This document shows, in pieces, positions 17,032 through 27,247 of a stretch of DNA of 63,987 nt. Positions within the stretch are counted from its first letter, which is position 1. Every line of letters starts with the position of its first letter. The stretch is from positions 1-63,987 of IMG/VR virus record IMGVR_UViG_3300047509_000028. One strand, given 5' to 3'. The notes below the pieces were generated by a model. It made no database searches, was not told the origin of the DNA, and worked only from the letters and a program-made list of their open reading frames with translations. A program made the position numbers and the translations under genes. Source of the stretch: a virus (taxonomy: Duplodnaviria > Caudoviricetes).

Positions 17032-18896
17032 ATGCCAATTCCCGCCGCAGCAGGCTTAACGTCAGCGGCGTTATAAATAAGACAAGGCCCGCTATAGCGA
17101 AAGCTGTAGTAGTAAACCTAGTGAATTGCGGGAAAAGCTGAAACGCCAATCCGCAGCCAAGCCCAGCGATGGGAAGGTTCAACGACTAGGGCATATCGTT
17201 CGCCGTACTGAGTACGGCAATCTCGGGCTATAGGCCCAAAGGATAACAGCATGAATCGGGAAGAACGCGGCATACTTGTGGGTATGGTAATGGGCGATGG
17301 CTGTCTAAGGGTTCGTAAACGATATGAATCCGGTAGGGAAAACCAGACGGTTACACTTTTGCAGATATCGCACTCCATAAAGCAAGTAGATTACTTAAGA
17401 TATAAAGCTGAGAGAGTTAGTAATATCTTAGGAGGTAGGTCCAAAGTAACTTACTACGACGTAAAATTGAAAGGCCATAGTGCAGCATATAAAATGGCAC
17501 GTACCATAAAGGTAAGTAAGTATTTTGAGCAACTAAGAGGTTGGATATACCCTACCGGCAAGAAAGAAATAAATAGTAGGGTATTAGATATGCTCACCCC
17601 AGAAGGGTTAACTCTTTGGTACTTAGATGATGGGCATACGAAGTGGTCTTGGAATAAGGAAGGAAATATAACAGCAGCACAATCTTTATGGGCAGTATGC
17701 TTGCCAGTACCGCAAATATCGCTGCTACAAGAATACCTTTTCGACGTATATGGGTTTGATTCACAAATGGTGATGGTGAATAGTTCTAATATGTTGAATT
17801 TTAAAAGTAAGGTTTCGCACGAAATGCGCGAAATGTTTAGGTCGTATACTCCCGATTCGATGCTGTATAAGATATGCCCCACGAGTGCTAGGCTCCCTCC
17901 GAGACTTAGAAGGGATGAAGATATAGTCTGAGCTTATGGGAATAAGTAACCATAAGAAGTTAGGATAAAGAGCCTAACGATAACATAACTGACCCGCAGT
18001 ACAGCAATAACCTTATCACTCCCCTGTTCCGCATGGAATTGTTGGAGCGTTTCTATACGACTACCGTGTATAGCGACATTTCCACTACGGAATACACAGG
18101 CGAGTTAAATAAGGGTGGCGATCAGATCACGTTCCAGCGCGAGCCAAAGGTCGTGGTTCGTGACTACGATAAGAACGGTAAGATCGTGCACGATACGATT
18201 GATGGTGAGCCGGTCACCATGACGATTGATAACGCTAAGACTTTCTCGATCAAGATGAATATGATCGACGAAAAGCAGATTCAGAACTTCGAGAACTGGA
18301 AAGCGGCATTCCTTAAGAGTGCTGGTTATGAACTTGCGCGTGCGATTGACCCGCAGTTACTTACGGCAATGTGGACAAGCGCAGCGGCGTATAATCAGGG
18401 TCTAACCGCTGGTTTGGTTTCCGCTAACGTCAATATGGGCGTAGCGGGTACACCATTAGCGATTACGAAAACAAACGTAATCGACGTGTTGCAGCAAGTG
18501 CATCAGGTGCTTGACGAAGCGTTAGCTCCGCGCGAAGGTCGTTTTATCGTACTTCCTTCCGCTGGTATGGTTGCGCTTAAGACTAGTGACCTGAAATTCG
18601 CGTATGCAACTGCGTTAAATACGACCCCGATGTTAAATGGTAAGGTTCCAGAAATCGTTGCAGGATTTATTATTTTGGAATCGCAAAATCTTCCGTCAGT
18701 GATTGACGGCGCAGTGCGGGCGTATCACATTGTTGCTGGTGCGAAAATGGCGACTGCGTTTGCCGCACAGATCGAGAATAGTCGTGTTGTAACAGATAAA
18801 GATGATTGGGCGAATTATTATCAGGGTTTATCGGTGTACGGGTTTAAAGTGCTGTACCCGGATGCTATCGTCCACCTGTACGCCAACTTTGCCTAA
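17032..18896 (+). CDS. major capsid protein, spliced: exon 1 17032-17056 and exon 2 17992-18896 (309 aa)
   Basis: AGGAG RBS; joining the exons gives in-frame MPIPAAAG-Y-PQYSNNLITPLFRMELLERFY...; capsid motifs EYTGEL..GGD.I, LDEALAPREGR, GLSVYGFKVL. Confidence 0.88.
17057..17991 (+). mobile_element. group I self-splicing intron (935 nt) in the major capsid gene
   Basis: P GAATTGCGGGAAA, Q AATCCGCAGC, R GTTCAACGACTA, S AAGATATAGTCT; exon ends in U pairing with G of GGCCCGCT (P1); terminal G at 17991. Confidence 0.92.
17251..17931 (+). CDS. intron-encoded LAGLIDADG homing endonuclease
   Basis: Two motifs, ILVGMVMGDG and LTLWYLDDG; lies between the intron R and S elements. Confidence 0.9.
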   Translation: MNREERGILVGMVMGDGCLRVRKRYESGRENQTVTLLQISHSIKQVDYLRYKAERVSNILGGRSKVTYYDVKLKGHSAAYKMARTIKVSKYFEQLRGWIYPTGKKEINSRVLDMLTPEGLTLWYLDDGHTKWSWNKEGNITAAQSLWAVCLPVPQISLLQEYLFDVYGFDSQMVMVNSSNMLNFKSKVSHEMREMFRSYTPDSMLYKICPTSARLPPRLRRDEDIV

Positions 18897-18909
18897 TAGG
18901 AGAATATAA

Positions 18910-19482
18910 ATGGCAACGCATGAACTCTACTTAGGCGGCCCGTCTAATACAAATAGCGGGCAGAAGATGTTTCCCGCCGCAGCGTTTAACAACGCAATTG
19001 CGCCGTTTACTACTATGCCCGTTGCGGAGCATAAAGCTACTACGGTAGCTGCGCTAACGCGCACGTTAGCATTCGGTACGTCGCAAGGCAGGCCGGATGA
19101 CCCGGCGTTAGCCGAATACGTTCGCAATCATACGATTGCAGCAGCAGACGTACTGGACTTAATCGTTATACCGGCAAACACGTTACTGCTGGGCGTGTAC
19201 TGCCAAGTAGAAAATCCGTCGGGTAAGGTAGGTACGATTACGTTTAGCTTAGACGATGGTACGACGTTCGGCGCTGCGGTAGATATAAATGCCGCATTCA
19301 GTAAGATGGTTGCTCCGGGCGGCGCATGGGTATCGGCGGGCGCAGTTAGTTTGGCTACCGCGAACTTCTCGAATGTCGTACGCATGCTAAAAGCTACGTT
19401 AACTACGCTAGCTACCGATTTTGGTGCGTTACGTATTAGCGTATCTCCGATCCTGATTGCATTGCAGCAAGGGCAGTACTAA
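18910..19482 (+). CDS. virion structural protein (capsid decoration-like), paralog A
   Basis: Follows the capsid gene, AGGAG RBS; highly similar to the next ORF. Confidence 0.7.
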   Translation: MATHELYLGGPSNTNSGQKMFPAAAFNNAIAPFTTMPVAEHKATTVAALTRTLAFGTSQGRPDDPALAEYVRNHTIAAADVLDLIVIPANTLLLGVYCQVENPSGKVGTITFSLDDGTTFGAAVDINAAFSKMVAPGGAWVSAGAVSLATANFSNVVRMLKATLTTLATDFGALRISVSPILIALQQGQY

Positions 19483-19494
19483 TAGGAGAGTAGT

Positions 19495-20409
19495 ATGGCA
19501 ACGCATGAGTTGTACGTAGGCGGCCCTGCTAACCCTAATCAAGGACTGCGGATGTTTCCGGCGGCGGCATTTAGTAATGCCGCTAAGCCGTTTACGACAA
19601 TGGACATTGCGCAGCACAAGCAGACGCTTGTAGCTGCGTTAACTCGTACGCTAGCGTTTGGTACGTCACAGGGAAGGCCGGACGACCCCGCACTAGCGGA
19701 GTATGTGCGGACGCATGTAATAGCTGCTAACGACGTATTGGACTTAATCGTTATCCCGGCAAATACGCTACTGTTAGGCACATACTACAACGTAGAGAAT
19801 CCACAGGCAGGTGTAGCGCTAGCATTTACGCTAGACGATGCTACGACATTTGGCGGGGCTAATCAATTAGCCGCACCAGTACAAGCAGCAGGCTCTACGG
19901 TAGCTGTAGGTGGTACGGTAACTGACGGGGATCATTTTTACGTAATTACCGCAATTACGGCGTTGGGCGAAACCACTAAGTCTAACGAAATTAAAGTTAC
20001 CGCAGCGGGCGGCAACTTATCAATTAACACGCTGAATTGGGGCGCTGTAGCTGGCGCAACCGGATATAGGGCATATAGGGGCGTAGTTACTGGGGTATAC
20101 ACCACGTACATAGCTTTTGGTGCAGTAGTAACGGGCGACGATACGGGTGCGGCGGGTACAGCAGGTACTCCGCCAACGACTAACACAAGCGGCAATAGTG
20201 TCTATACAGATACAGCTAGTAGTAAATTCTCAGTGCCCAACGGGGCAGCATGGGTCACTGCTGGCTCGGCGACGTTAGCTAACGCGAACTTTTCCAACGT
20301 ACCGAGAATGCTGGGTGCTAAAGTTGTTGCGCTAGGGGCGGCAGGTTTCGGCAGTCTACGGGTAAGCATATCGCCGCTCGTAGTGCAGTTATGGCAAGGG
20401 CAATATTAA
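19495..20409 (+). CDS. virion structural protein, paralog B with a ~113-aa inserted beta-rich domain
   Basis: Same MATHELY...QGQY framework as paralog A plus an insertion at ~19861-20199. Confidence 0.7.
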   Translation: MATHELYVGGPANPNQGLRMFPAAAFSNAAKPFTTMDIAQHKQTLVAALTRTLAFGTSQGRPDDPALAEYVRTHVIAANDVLDLIVIPANTLLLGTYYNVENPQAGVALAFTLDDATTFGGANQLAAPVQAAGSTVAVGGTVTDGDHFYVITAITALGETTKSNEIKVTAAGGNLSINTLNWGAVAGATGYRAYRGVVTGVYTTYIAFGAVVTGDDTGAAGTAGTPPTTNTSGNSVYTDTASSKFSVPNGAAWVTAGSATLANANFSNVPRMLGAKVVALGAAGFGSLRVSISPLVVQLWQGQY

Positions 20410-20421
20410 CGGGAGTAGATA

Positions 20422-20565
20422 ATGGATAAGAGAGAATTTGAGAAAGATAAGGTATATCTAAAACACAGCGTAACAGGGCAGATTTATCCGTACGAGAAGT
20501 TGCTAGAAAAGCACCCTGATTTTGCCCCTTTCGTACCGAACCCTTCCAAAGCAGAAAAACAGTAG
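20422..20565 (+). CDS. small hypothetical protein (47 aa)
   Basis: Read manually: MDKREFEKDKVYLKHSVTGQIYPY...; GGGAG RBS. Confidence 0.55.
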   Translation: MDKREFEKDKVYLKHSVTGQIYPYEKLLEKHPDFAPFVPNPSKAEKQ

Positions 20566-20624
20566 CGCCACAGGTAGTAGATGTAGTAAAGGACGTTCTA
20601 GGATAACTAAATAGGCGGTGTAGC

Positions 20625-21329
20625 ATGGAAACGGTGGGACAATACGTAAAGCACGTTTCCACGCAGCTTAACGATCAAGCATACGGGCGTCCTTACATTC
20701 GGTGGGGGCGCTCTTTGCTTTTGGAGTATTTAAATCTTGCGCTTTCGGAGATAGGAACCTATCGACCGGAAGCGTTTTCCGTTCCTACGGTTATTACGCT
20801 TAAGCCCGGTACAGAACAACACGCGCCGGATAATACGGGCATCATATCTGTTTACTCTAATGCGGACGGTACGCCGATACATCCCACAGATGGGGCAATG
20901 TCCAACGCCTTTGCAGTGTACGATATATGCCCCGCGAAACCTAAATTCGTGCGCGGTACGCCAGTATTTTTAGTAAAATCATTTAGCGTAGACCCCACGA
21001 ATTCTAGTACGTTCTATGTGGAACCGGCAATTCCGGTAGGCGTTGAAGTTAAAGTAAACGCCATGATTCCGGGCGATACCCCACGGTACGCATTATCTGA
21101 TTGGGATAAGTCGCTTGGTATGCCACATAAATTCGATAACAACCTAGTAGATTTTATGATGGCGTGTGCATATAGATTAGACAGCGAATCGCCAGAATCC
21201 AGAGCGAATAGCGAATCGTATTTAAAGAGTTTCTTTAGTGCTATGGGAATTAAGTACAAGCAAGAATCGAAGTATCGTTCAGGGTATTATCTCGGCGATA
21301 CTGGTACCGGAAATCCGAGGGCAGAATGA
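20625..21329 (+). CDS. head-tail adaptor-like protein
   Basis: QLND....RW....LLEYLN.A...I...RP.A N-terminus typical of podovirus adaptors. Confidence 0.7.
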   Translation: METVGQYVKHVSTQLNDQAYGRPYIRWGRSLLLEYLNLALSEIGTYRPEAFSVPTVITLKPGTEQHAPDNTGIISVYSNADGTPIHPTDGAMSNAFAVYDICPAKPKFVRGTPVFLVKSFSVDPTNSSTFYVEPAIPVGVEVKVNAMIPGDTPRYALSDWDKSLGMPHKFDNNLVDFMMACAYRLDSESPESRANSESYLKSFFSAMGIKYKQESKYRSGYYLGDTGTGNPRAE

Positions 21330-22000
21330 ATACTTGCCCATGCCCCACGGTATCATTCCAAGAGTGCGTCGCGTTAGATACGTTGCTGCGCCATGTGATA
21401 CCTGTTATACCTGAGTTACCTCATTCGATGGCGTTAGATAGGCTACGCCAAGCGTACATAGAACTAGCGCGTCGGTCGAATCTAATAACAGTAAAACTAA
21501 CGCAAGACTATCAAGCGGGCGTCACTGATTACTTATTGACCCCGCCAGATGGGTACGATATTTACATGGTACAGGGCGTGGAACACCATAACGGATTTTG
21601 GTGGTACGACGGTACGTCCGGATTTATAGGTGGATTACAGAATGACTGGGGTAGTGCGTTTAAGGGCGCGCACGGCTTCTATATGACAGGTAATAATGTA
21701 TTGAATTTGTATCAGGCACCTTCTGCGGATCAAGTTGACGGGTTAGTAGTGTATGCCACATTAACGCCGACTGACTGCGTGCAGGACATGCCAATAGCTA
21801 TTTCAATACCTTTCGGTAATGGTATAGCCCAAAAAGTAATCTCAGACGCATTACGTATACCGAATAAACCGTGGAGTAATCCAGCGTTAGCCAAGAGTTA
21901 CGAAATGGAGTTTAATAGAACAGTGCTAGACGCAAAGCGCTTAGCTAGCACGAATAGGCAGCGTGGGCCACTTAAGGCACGTCCAGTGAGAATCGTATGA
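21326..22000 (+). CDS. adaptor/tail tubular-like protein
   Basis: LRQAYIEL and IPNKPWSNPALA motifs; position in the module. Confidence 0.65.
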   Translation: MNTCPCPTVSFQECVALDTLLRHVIPVIPELPHSMALDRLRQAYIELARRSNLITVKLTQDYQAGVTDYLLTPPDGYDIYMVQGVEHHNGFWWYDGTSGFIGGLQNDWGSAFKGAHGFYMTGNNVLNLYQAPSADQVDGLVVYATLTPTDCVQDMPIAISIPFGNGIAQKVISDALRIPNKPWSNPALAKSYEMEFNRTVLDAKRLASTNRQRGPLKARPVRIV

Positions 22001-22323
22001 ACGCACTTGGATATGTGACTATAGATAAGGATAAGCCTTACTTAACGGTCTACATTAAATGTACGAAGCTATCTGGCGTTACTACCAGCGGCCCTAGCAG
22101 TATGTCGGTTACGCGACTAGGAGAAAAAGCTCCGTGCGCTAGCTATGCTCCGCTACAAATAGGTTTGAATGCTAACACGCTGTTATTTGCGCTAGATAGT
22201 AGCGTACTTAGTAAATCAGCAGGTAGATATGTAGGCACTATAACGTATAAAGGCACGATATTGGGCGACGTAACTTTTATCTATAGTAAACTAACTACCG
22301 TATTGGCGGGCGAAAATGTTTAG
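21997..22323 (+). CDS. hypothetical structural protein
   Basis: ATGA coupling; beta-rich. Confidence 0.6.
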   Translation: MNALGYVTIDKDKPYLTVYIKCTKLSGVTTSGPSSMSVTRLGEKAPCASYAPLQIGLNANTLLFALDSSVLSKSAGRYVGTITYKGTILGDVTFIYSKLTTVLAGENV

Positions 22324-22804
22324 GCCGGTACATGGTGTAAGAGGGTATTTGACCGCAGCTATCAATACGATGGTTACGGCTATTCTTTTAGATGACGCTA
22401 CTGTATGCCTGCTTAAAAATATGCTGCCGGTAGGGGACTATACTTACCTACTTATACAGACAGGATATAGCTACGAAATAGTTAAAACGGTATCGTTCAC
22501 AGGGAACGCTTTAAATGTGGTGCGCGCCCAAGATGGCACTACTGCCCAGTCTTTCCCGATGAATGCTAGCGTAGTATTCGTACTAAGCCAGTCTGCCATA
22601 AACGATATAGTTAGTCAGCAGTCTATAGGGCAGATAGACCTAATAGGTACGGGCATAGTTACAGTAACCAAGACTGGGCCTAATCAATTTACAATAGACG
22701 CGCCAGAAGTAAGTATAACTAGTGATTCAGAGAAAATAATAGTTGGCGGAGATTTCCCTAATTTTGTTATTTCGAGTCCACTAATACAAGATTGCTGTGA
22801 TTAA
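22316..22804 (+). CDS. tail-associated protein, adaptor-domain paralog 1
   Basis: GDYTYL...EIVK...VRAQDGT domain; ends DCCD. Confidence 0.65.
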   Translation: MFRPVHGVRGYLTAAINTMVTAILLDDATVCLLKNMLPVGDYTYLLIQTGYSYEIVKTVSFTGNALNVVRAQDGTTAQSFPMNASVVFVLSQSAINDIVSQQSIGQIDLIGTGIVTVTKTGPNQFTIDAPEVSITSDSEKIIVGGDFPNFVISSPLIQDCCD

Positions 22805-24437
22805 GGTACTGTACGATGCGATAGGTACGTTAACGGCGGTGCTTACGAAGGAAAGTAACATAGCCTTTGTAGATAGCACGCTGTATGGGGTACTATTCGC
22901 GGCTATAGGAATCGGAGACTGGACGTACTTAACGATAGACGACGGAAATAAGGCGGAGGTAGTTAAAGTCTATAGAGTTAACAGTGCGGGGGTATTTCTA
23001 GTACGCGGGCAAGATAATACGACGCCGACTTTATTTAGTGCGGGAACGTCGATAAAATATCAATTAACTGCCGCCGAAATAAAAGACAGGATTATACCGC
23101 CATCTATACAGGTAACAGCACAAGATGCTATACAGATAGAGAACGGTAAAATAGGGTATTTACTAGCCGCTATACAGGATGAAGGCGGAACATTTAGTAC
23201 GGTAAGTGAAAATGAGATACGATTGGGCAGGAACGAACAAGCGTATGGGTGCTGTATATCTAATGCGCCGGGTTCTGTAGGGCCGCCAACGATATCTATT
23301 AAGATTCACGGAGTCCCGCCTGATGGCGAAGTAGGCGAACCATATAGTTTCACATGGACGGTAACAGGCGGAACAGGAACCGGGAATGTATTTTCTAAGG
23401 ATTCAGGTAGTATACCGACCGGCACTATATTCGTAACTATAGAATGGCTAAATGATACAGATTCAGGTATACCTACCGTAGCGGGCGTCTACACTTTCGT
23501 ATTAAGAGTTACCGATGATGCGGGCAATACTGACTCAGCGCCAGAATCTATAACGATACGAAACGCTTTATACGGGTATGTTTCTAATGTAGCAGCAGGG
23601 TCGGTATCATTGATAAGCAGGGCATTTGGAGTAGTAGATACGGTAACTCCCATAGTTAATCCCGGCCCAATAGGAGTTCTACCAAACCGTAAATTCGCCT
23701 ATGTATGCGCAGGAAGCGGTAACGTACAGGTTATTAATGCTATTACGCATCTAATAGATTTTACAGTACCCGTAGGCGCGCCTACCCCAACAGGATTAGC
23801 GGTAAAACATGATGGTATTAGAGTGTACGCATCGACTGGGAGCGATAATACAGTAGTTCAGATAGATACGACATTACCAATACCGGCAGTAGTTGGATCG
23901 CCGTGGACTGGTTTTTTATCGCCATCTATTATCGTAATGCACCCCGTACTGGATAGGATGTATATTGTAGATACTCTTAATAACAGGATTCAATGCAGGG
24001 CTACAGATGGTACAATACTAGGCAATATACCCGTGTTTGACCCACAAGGGCTAGGTATAAGTCCAGACGGAAATACACTATATGTAGGCGTTTATGGCGG
24101 AATGAATGCGTATAGCACGATTACGTATGGCCCCATAGGGTCGGTAGGATACAGAAGTGGATTCGGCCCGAATAATGTAGCTACAAATGCGGTAGGCACA
24201 AAAGCGTATGTTTCAGATTATAATTATCCAGATGTGCCAGTTATCGACTTAAGTTCGTTTAGCGTAATAAAGTTTATACCTACAGGAGTTCCGTCGTTCG
24301 ATATTAAACGCCATCCAGATACAGGTAACATATACGTTCCGGCGGGATTGGTGCATGTCATAGATACGGTAACTGATACGGTAATACGTAATTTCCCGAC
24401 TAGCAGCGGCCCCGCATGGATAGCTTTTCCCGAATAA
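22797..24437 (+). CDS. tail-associated protein, paralog 2: adaptor domain, Ig-like domain and YVTN/YncE-like beta-propeller
   Basis: GDWTYL...EVVK...VRGQDNT; PDGEVGEPYSF...YTFVLRVTD Ig-like segment; repeated YV.....V.VID blades. Confidence 0.7.
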   Translation: MIKVLYDAIGTLTAVLTKESNIAFVDSTLYGVLFAAIGIGDWTYLTIDDGNKAEVVKVYRVNSAGVFLVRGQDNTTPTLFSAGTSIKYQLTAAEIKDRIIPPSIQVTAQDAIQIENGKIGYLLAAIQDEGGTFSTVSENEIRLGRNEQAYGCCISNAPGSVGPPTISIKIHGVPPDGEVGEPYSFTWTVTGGTGTGNVFSKDSGSIPTGTIFVTIEWLNDTDSGIPTVAGVYTFVLRVTDDAGNTDSAPESITIRNALYGYVSNVAAGSVSLISRAFGVVDTVTPIVNPGPIGVLPNRKFAYVCAGSGNVQVINAITHLIDFTVPVGAPTPTGLAVKHDGIRVYASTGSDNTVVQIDTTLPIPAVVGSPWTGFLSPSIIVMHPVLDRMYIVDTLNNRIQCRATDGTILGNIPVFDPQGLGISPDGNTLYVGVYGGMNAYSTITYGPIGSVGYRSGFGPNNVATNAVGTKAYVSDYNYPDVPVIDLSSFSVIKFIPTGVPSFDIKRHPDTGNIYVPAGLVHVIDTVTDTVIRNFPTSSGPAWIAFPE

Positions 24438-25001
24438 ATGTATAAGCGTCTTCTAAATGCGCATGGCACTACTACGTCGTTACTTAGTGTAGGCGGTAAC
24501 GCGGTAGCAGTAAATGCAGGGCTATATACTGCTATTGCGGCAGTATTAGGAAGCGGCGATTGGTCTTACTTAAGACTACAAGATTCGGTAAATACAGAAA
24601 TAGTTAAAGTATTTGCGATTTTAGGCAGTAATACTATAGCGATTAATAGGGCTAAGGATGGGACGAAAGCGTATACATTTGGCAGTGGAAGTACAGTAGA
24701 TTATGTAGATACTGTAAGTGGAGTGCTAGACTCTATAACAGTAAATCCGCTTACTTTAACTGCGTTAGGTGCCATAGATATTATCGGGGGCGTAGTGGAT
24801 TACCCGTTACTAGATATAGAAACATTAGGCGGGGCAGAAGTCAATGGACAGAACATAGGCGAAGTAACTATAGCTGCTGGATGTTGCGAACTTATAGGCG
24901 AAGGTACACCGCCTATTCCCGTAAGACTTACACGGTTTAGGGTCACGGATGCCGACGACTACAGAGTTACTAGTGAGGATGATTACAGAATATCCGTATG
25001 A
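24438..25001 (+). CDS. tail-associated protein, adaptor-domain paralog 3
   Basis: GDWSYL...EIVK...NRAKDGT; GCC motif. Confidence 0.65.
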   Translation: MYKRLLNAHGTTTSLLSVGGNAVAVNAGLYTAIAAVLGSGDWSYLRLQDSVNTEIVKVFAILGSNTIAINRAKDGTKAYTFGSGSTVDYVDTVSGVLDSITVNPLTLTALGAIDIIGGVVDYPLLDIETLGGAEVNGQNIGEVTIAAGCCELIGEGTPPIPVRLTRFRVTDADDYRVTSEDDYRISV

Positions 25002-26317
25002 GTAACCTTCGTAAACAGATTATAGACCTACCCCTTAAGTCCGTCCTCAACGGCACCGAACTGGTTGAGATACAGGAAGCTGCGGGGGGAATAGGTTCAA
25101 GCAAGCGTACGCCATTATCGGCGGCTATTACACTGATATTAGCTGGCGCAGTAACTAGCGTAAATACCAGAACTGGGGCGGTAACTCTTAGTAAATCCGA
25201 TGTAGGACTTAGTAACGTCGATAATACTTCGGATGCTAATAAACCAGTCTCTACTGCGCAAGCAGCAGCAGATGCCACAGTACTTAGTACAGCAGCGACA
25301 TTCACTGTTAGCCAAGTAGCCGCAGAAGCAACGGCAAGAACAAGTGGGGATAGTGCAACTCTAGCTAGCGCGCATACCTATGCAGATGGCGTAGTCGCTA
25401 CGGAAGCTACGGCAAGAGCGGCAGCGGATGCGCTATTAGCCCCCAAAGCATCGCCTACCTTGACAGGCGCTCCGACCGCACCTACTGCAAGTCACGGCGA
25501 CAATACCGCTAAACTAGCGACGACGGCATTCGTACAGGATGCGGTATCGAGCGCAGGCGGTGGCACAGTTACAAGTGTAAGCGTAACAACCGCAAATGGC
25601 GTTAGTGGTACGGTAGCTAATCCAACTACTACACCGGCTATTTCGTTAACTTTAGGGGCTATAACTCCTACGTCGGTAGCGGCAAGTGGGGCCGTTACTG
25701 GCTCTAATTTATCCGGCACGAATACCGGCGACCAAAGCAGTGTAACAGGTAATGCTGGTACAGCAACCGCGCTACAGACCGCGCGCAATATAGACGGCCA
25801 AGCGTTTAACGGGTCGGCAGATATCACAGTCATTGCTCCCGGTACGCACGCAGCAGCAAGCAAGGCGACGCCGGTAGATGCAGATGAACTACCGTTAGTA
25901 GATAGCGCCGCAGCTAATGTACTAAAGAAACTAACGTGGGCGAACCTAAAAGCGACACTTAAGACGTACTTTGATACGCTCTATGCGCCAGTAGCCTTTA
26001 CACCGAATGTGCAAAATGTAGCTTCCGCTGCTACGATTACTCCGACGTTTAGTAACGATATGGTGCGAGCTACAGCGCAAGCTGCGGCACTTACAATAGC
26101 TAATCCTACCGGAACTGCTAAAGATGGGTGGGGCATCGCGTTTGAGTTAAAAGATGATGGTACGGCTAGGGGTATAACTTTTGATACGCAATATAGAGGT
26201 ATAGGCGGGGCGCTACCGACGACAACTGTAGCTGGTAAGCGGATGATGTTTGCGGCGGTATTTAATAACGCAGATACAAAGTGGGATATACCGCTGCCGG
26301 TGGCGCAGGAGACATAA
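24998..26317 (+). CDS. tail fibre protein
   Basis: VTSVNTRTGAV, VGLSNVDNTSDANKPVSTAQ, APKASP.LTG.PTAPTA, LATTAFV and LQTAR.I.G..FNGSADIT fibre repeats. Confidence 0.85.
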   Translation: MSNLRKQIIDLPLKSVLNGTELVEIQEAAGGIGSSKRTPLSAAITLILAGAVTSVNTRTGAVTLSKSDVGLSNVDNTSDANKPVSTAQAAADATVLSTAATFTVSQVAAEATARTSGDSATLASAHTYADGVVATEATARAAADALLAPKASPTLTGAPTAPTASHGDNTAKLATTAFVQDAVSSAGGGTVTSVSVTTANGVSGTVANPTTTPAISLTLGAITPTSVAASGAVTGSNLSGTNTGDQSSVTGNAGTATALQTARNIDGQAFNGSADITVIAPGTHAAASKATPVDADELPLVDSAAANVLKKLTWANLKATLKTYFDTLYAPVAFTPNVQNVASAATITPTFSNDMVRATAQAAALTIANPTGTAKDGWGIAFELKDDGTARGITFDTQYRGIGGALPTTTVAGKRMMFAAVFNNADTKWDIPLPVAQET

Positions 26318-27162
26318 TGCGCCCATTTAAAGCAATGCTAAAAGGACAAGCAGCGGGCGGCTACAATGCCGAGACGGTGACGTGGTATACTAGAATTACA
26401 GCACTTGGCGGCTCTACTAGCACGACGCAAAAGAATTGGGCGGATGCGCTAATCGTAGCAATTAGAGGTAAAAGTTATGGCGGCGGCTTAGTATCGTTAT
26501 GGCCGTACATCGGCGGTACGATAGCTGCTAACCGCGTTCCGTTAAGGGACGCTACAAATGTAGGCGCTGCTACGAATAGTGGTTTCGTAGACGCAGATTG
26601 TGGGGACGCGATAGGCACCAAGAATGCTACGGAAGCCGCTAAGTATATGGATAGCTTAATTTCCCCGCAGAATTTATTAAACCTTAACGGGGCGGCGAAT
26701 AAAGCAGGAATGGGACACTATGAAAGGTCTTGGGGGGCAGGATCGAACGTAGAACCGATAGGCTGTTATGACGCATCAAACACGCAGCGTTATTGTTTAG
26801 ACTTACGTTCCACGTTTGAGCGGTGTAGATTCGGCACCACAGGAAACGCAGGCGGTAGTAGCTCCACTACGACGAATGCTCACTACTACATGCAGAGTAC
26901 GGTAAGCGGCGGCGCTGCTACGTTAGCAATGTATAAAGATGGTTCGCACTTAGGCACGGATTTCGTAGGCTCGGAAGCGACAACCGGCGCTGGCGACCAC
27001 ACAATTATCTTGATGGGATGTAACGAGGCCGGTACGATTACACCGTGGAAGTCTGGCGGCGTAGCGTGCCACTATTTAACCGACGGCACTTGGTCAAGCA
27101 GCGATATAGCCGATTTCCATACGACACTAGGTACATGTTTAATAACCCCAACAGGCAGATAA
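26317..27162 (+). CDS. tail fibre-associated beta-sandwich protein (possible receptor binding)
   Basis: TAATG coupling with GGAG RBS gives start MRPFKAML; Gly/Ser/Thr-rich beta content. Confidence 0.55.
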   Translation: MRPFKAMLKGQAAGGYNAETVTWYTRITALGGSTSTTQKNWADALIVAIRGKSYGGGLVSLWPYIGGTIAANRVPLRDATNVGAATNSGFVDADCGDAIGTKNATEAAKYMDSLISPQNLLNLNGAANKAGMGHYERSWGAGSNVEPIGCYDASNTQRYCLDLRSTFERCRFGTTGNAGGSSSTTTNAHYYMQSTVSGGAATLAMYKDGSHLGTDFVGSEATTGAGDHTIILMGCNEAGTITPWKSGGVACHYLTDGTWSSSDIADFHTTLGTCLITPTGR

Positions 27163-27247
27163 CCATGAGCGCATATAGCATTTTAGATCCTATTACCGGA
27201 ACCGGCACGTCGAAAACATTTATGTTCCGCGTTAATAGGCCAATACG

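Noticed and set aside
18033-18896. 287-aa ORF as the complete capsid gene
   Set aside because: No RBS at 18033; the true start is 17032, upstream of the intron
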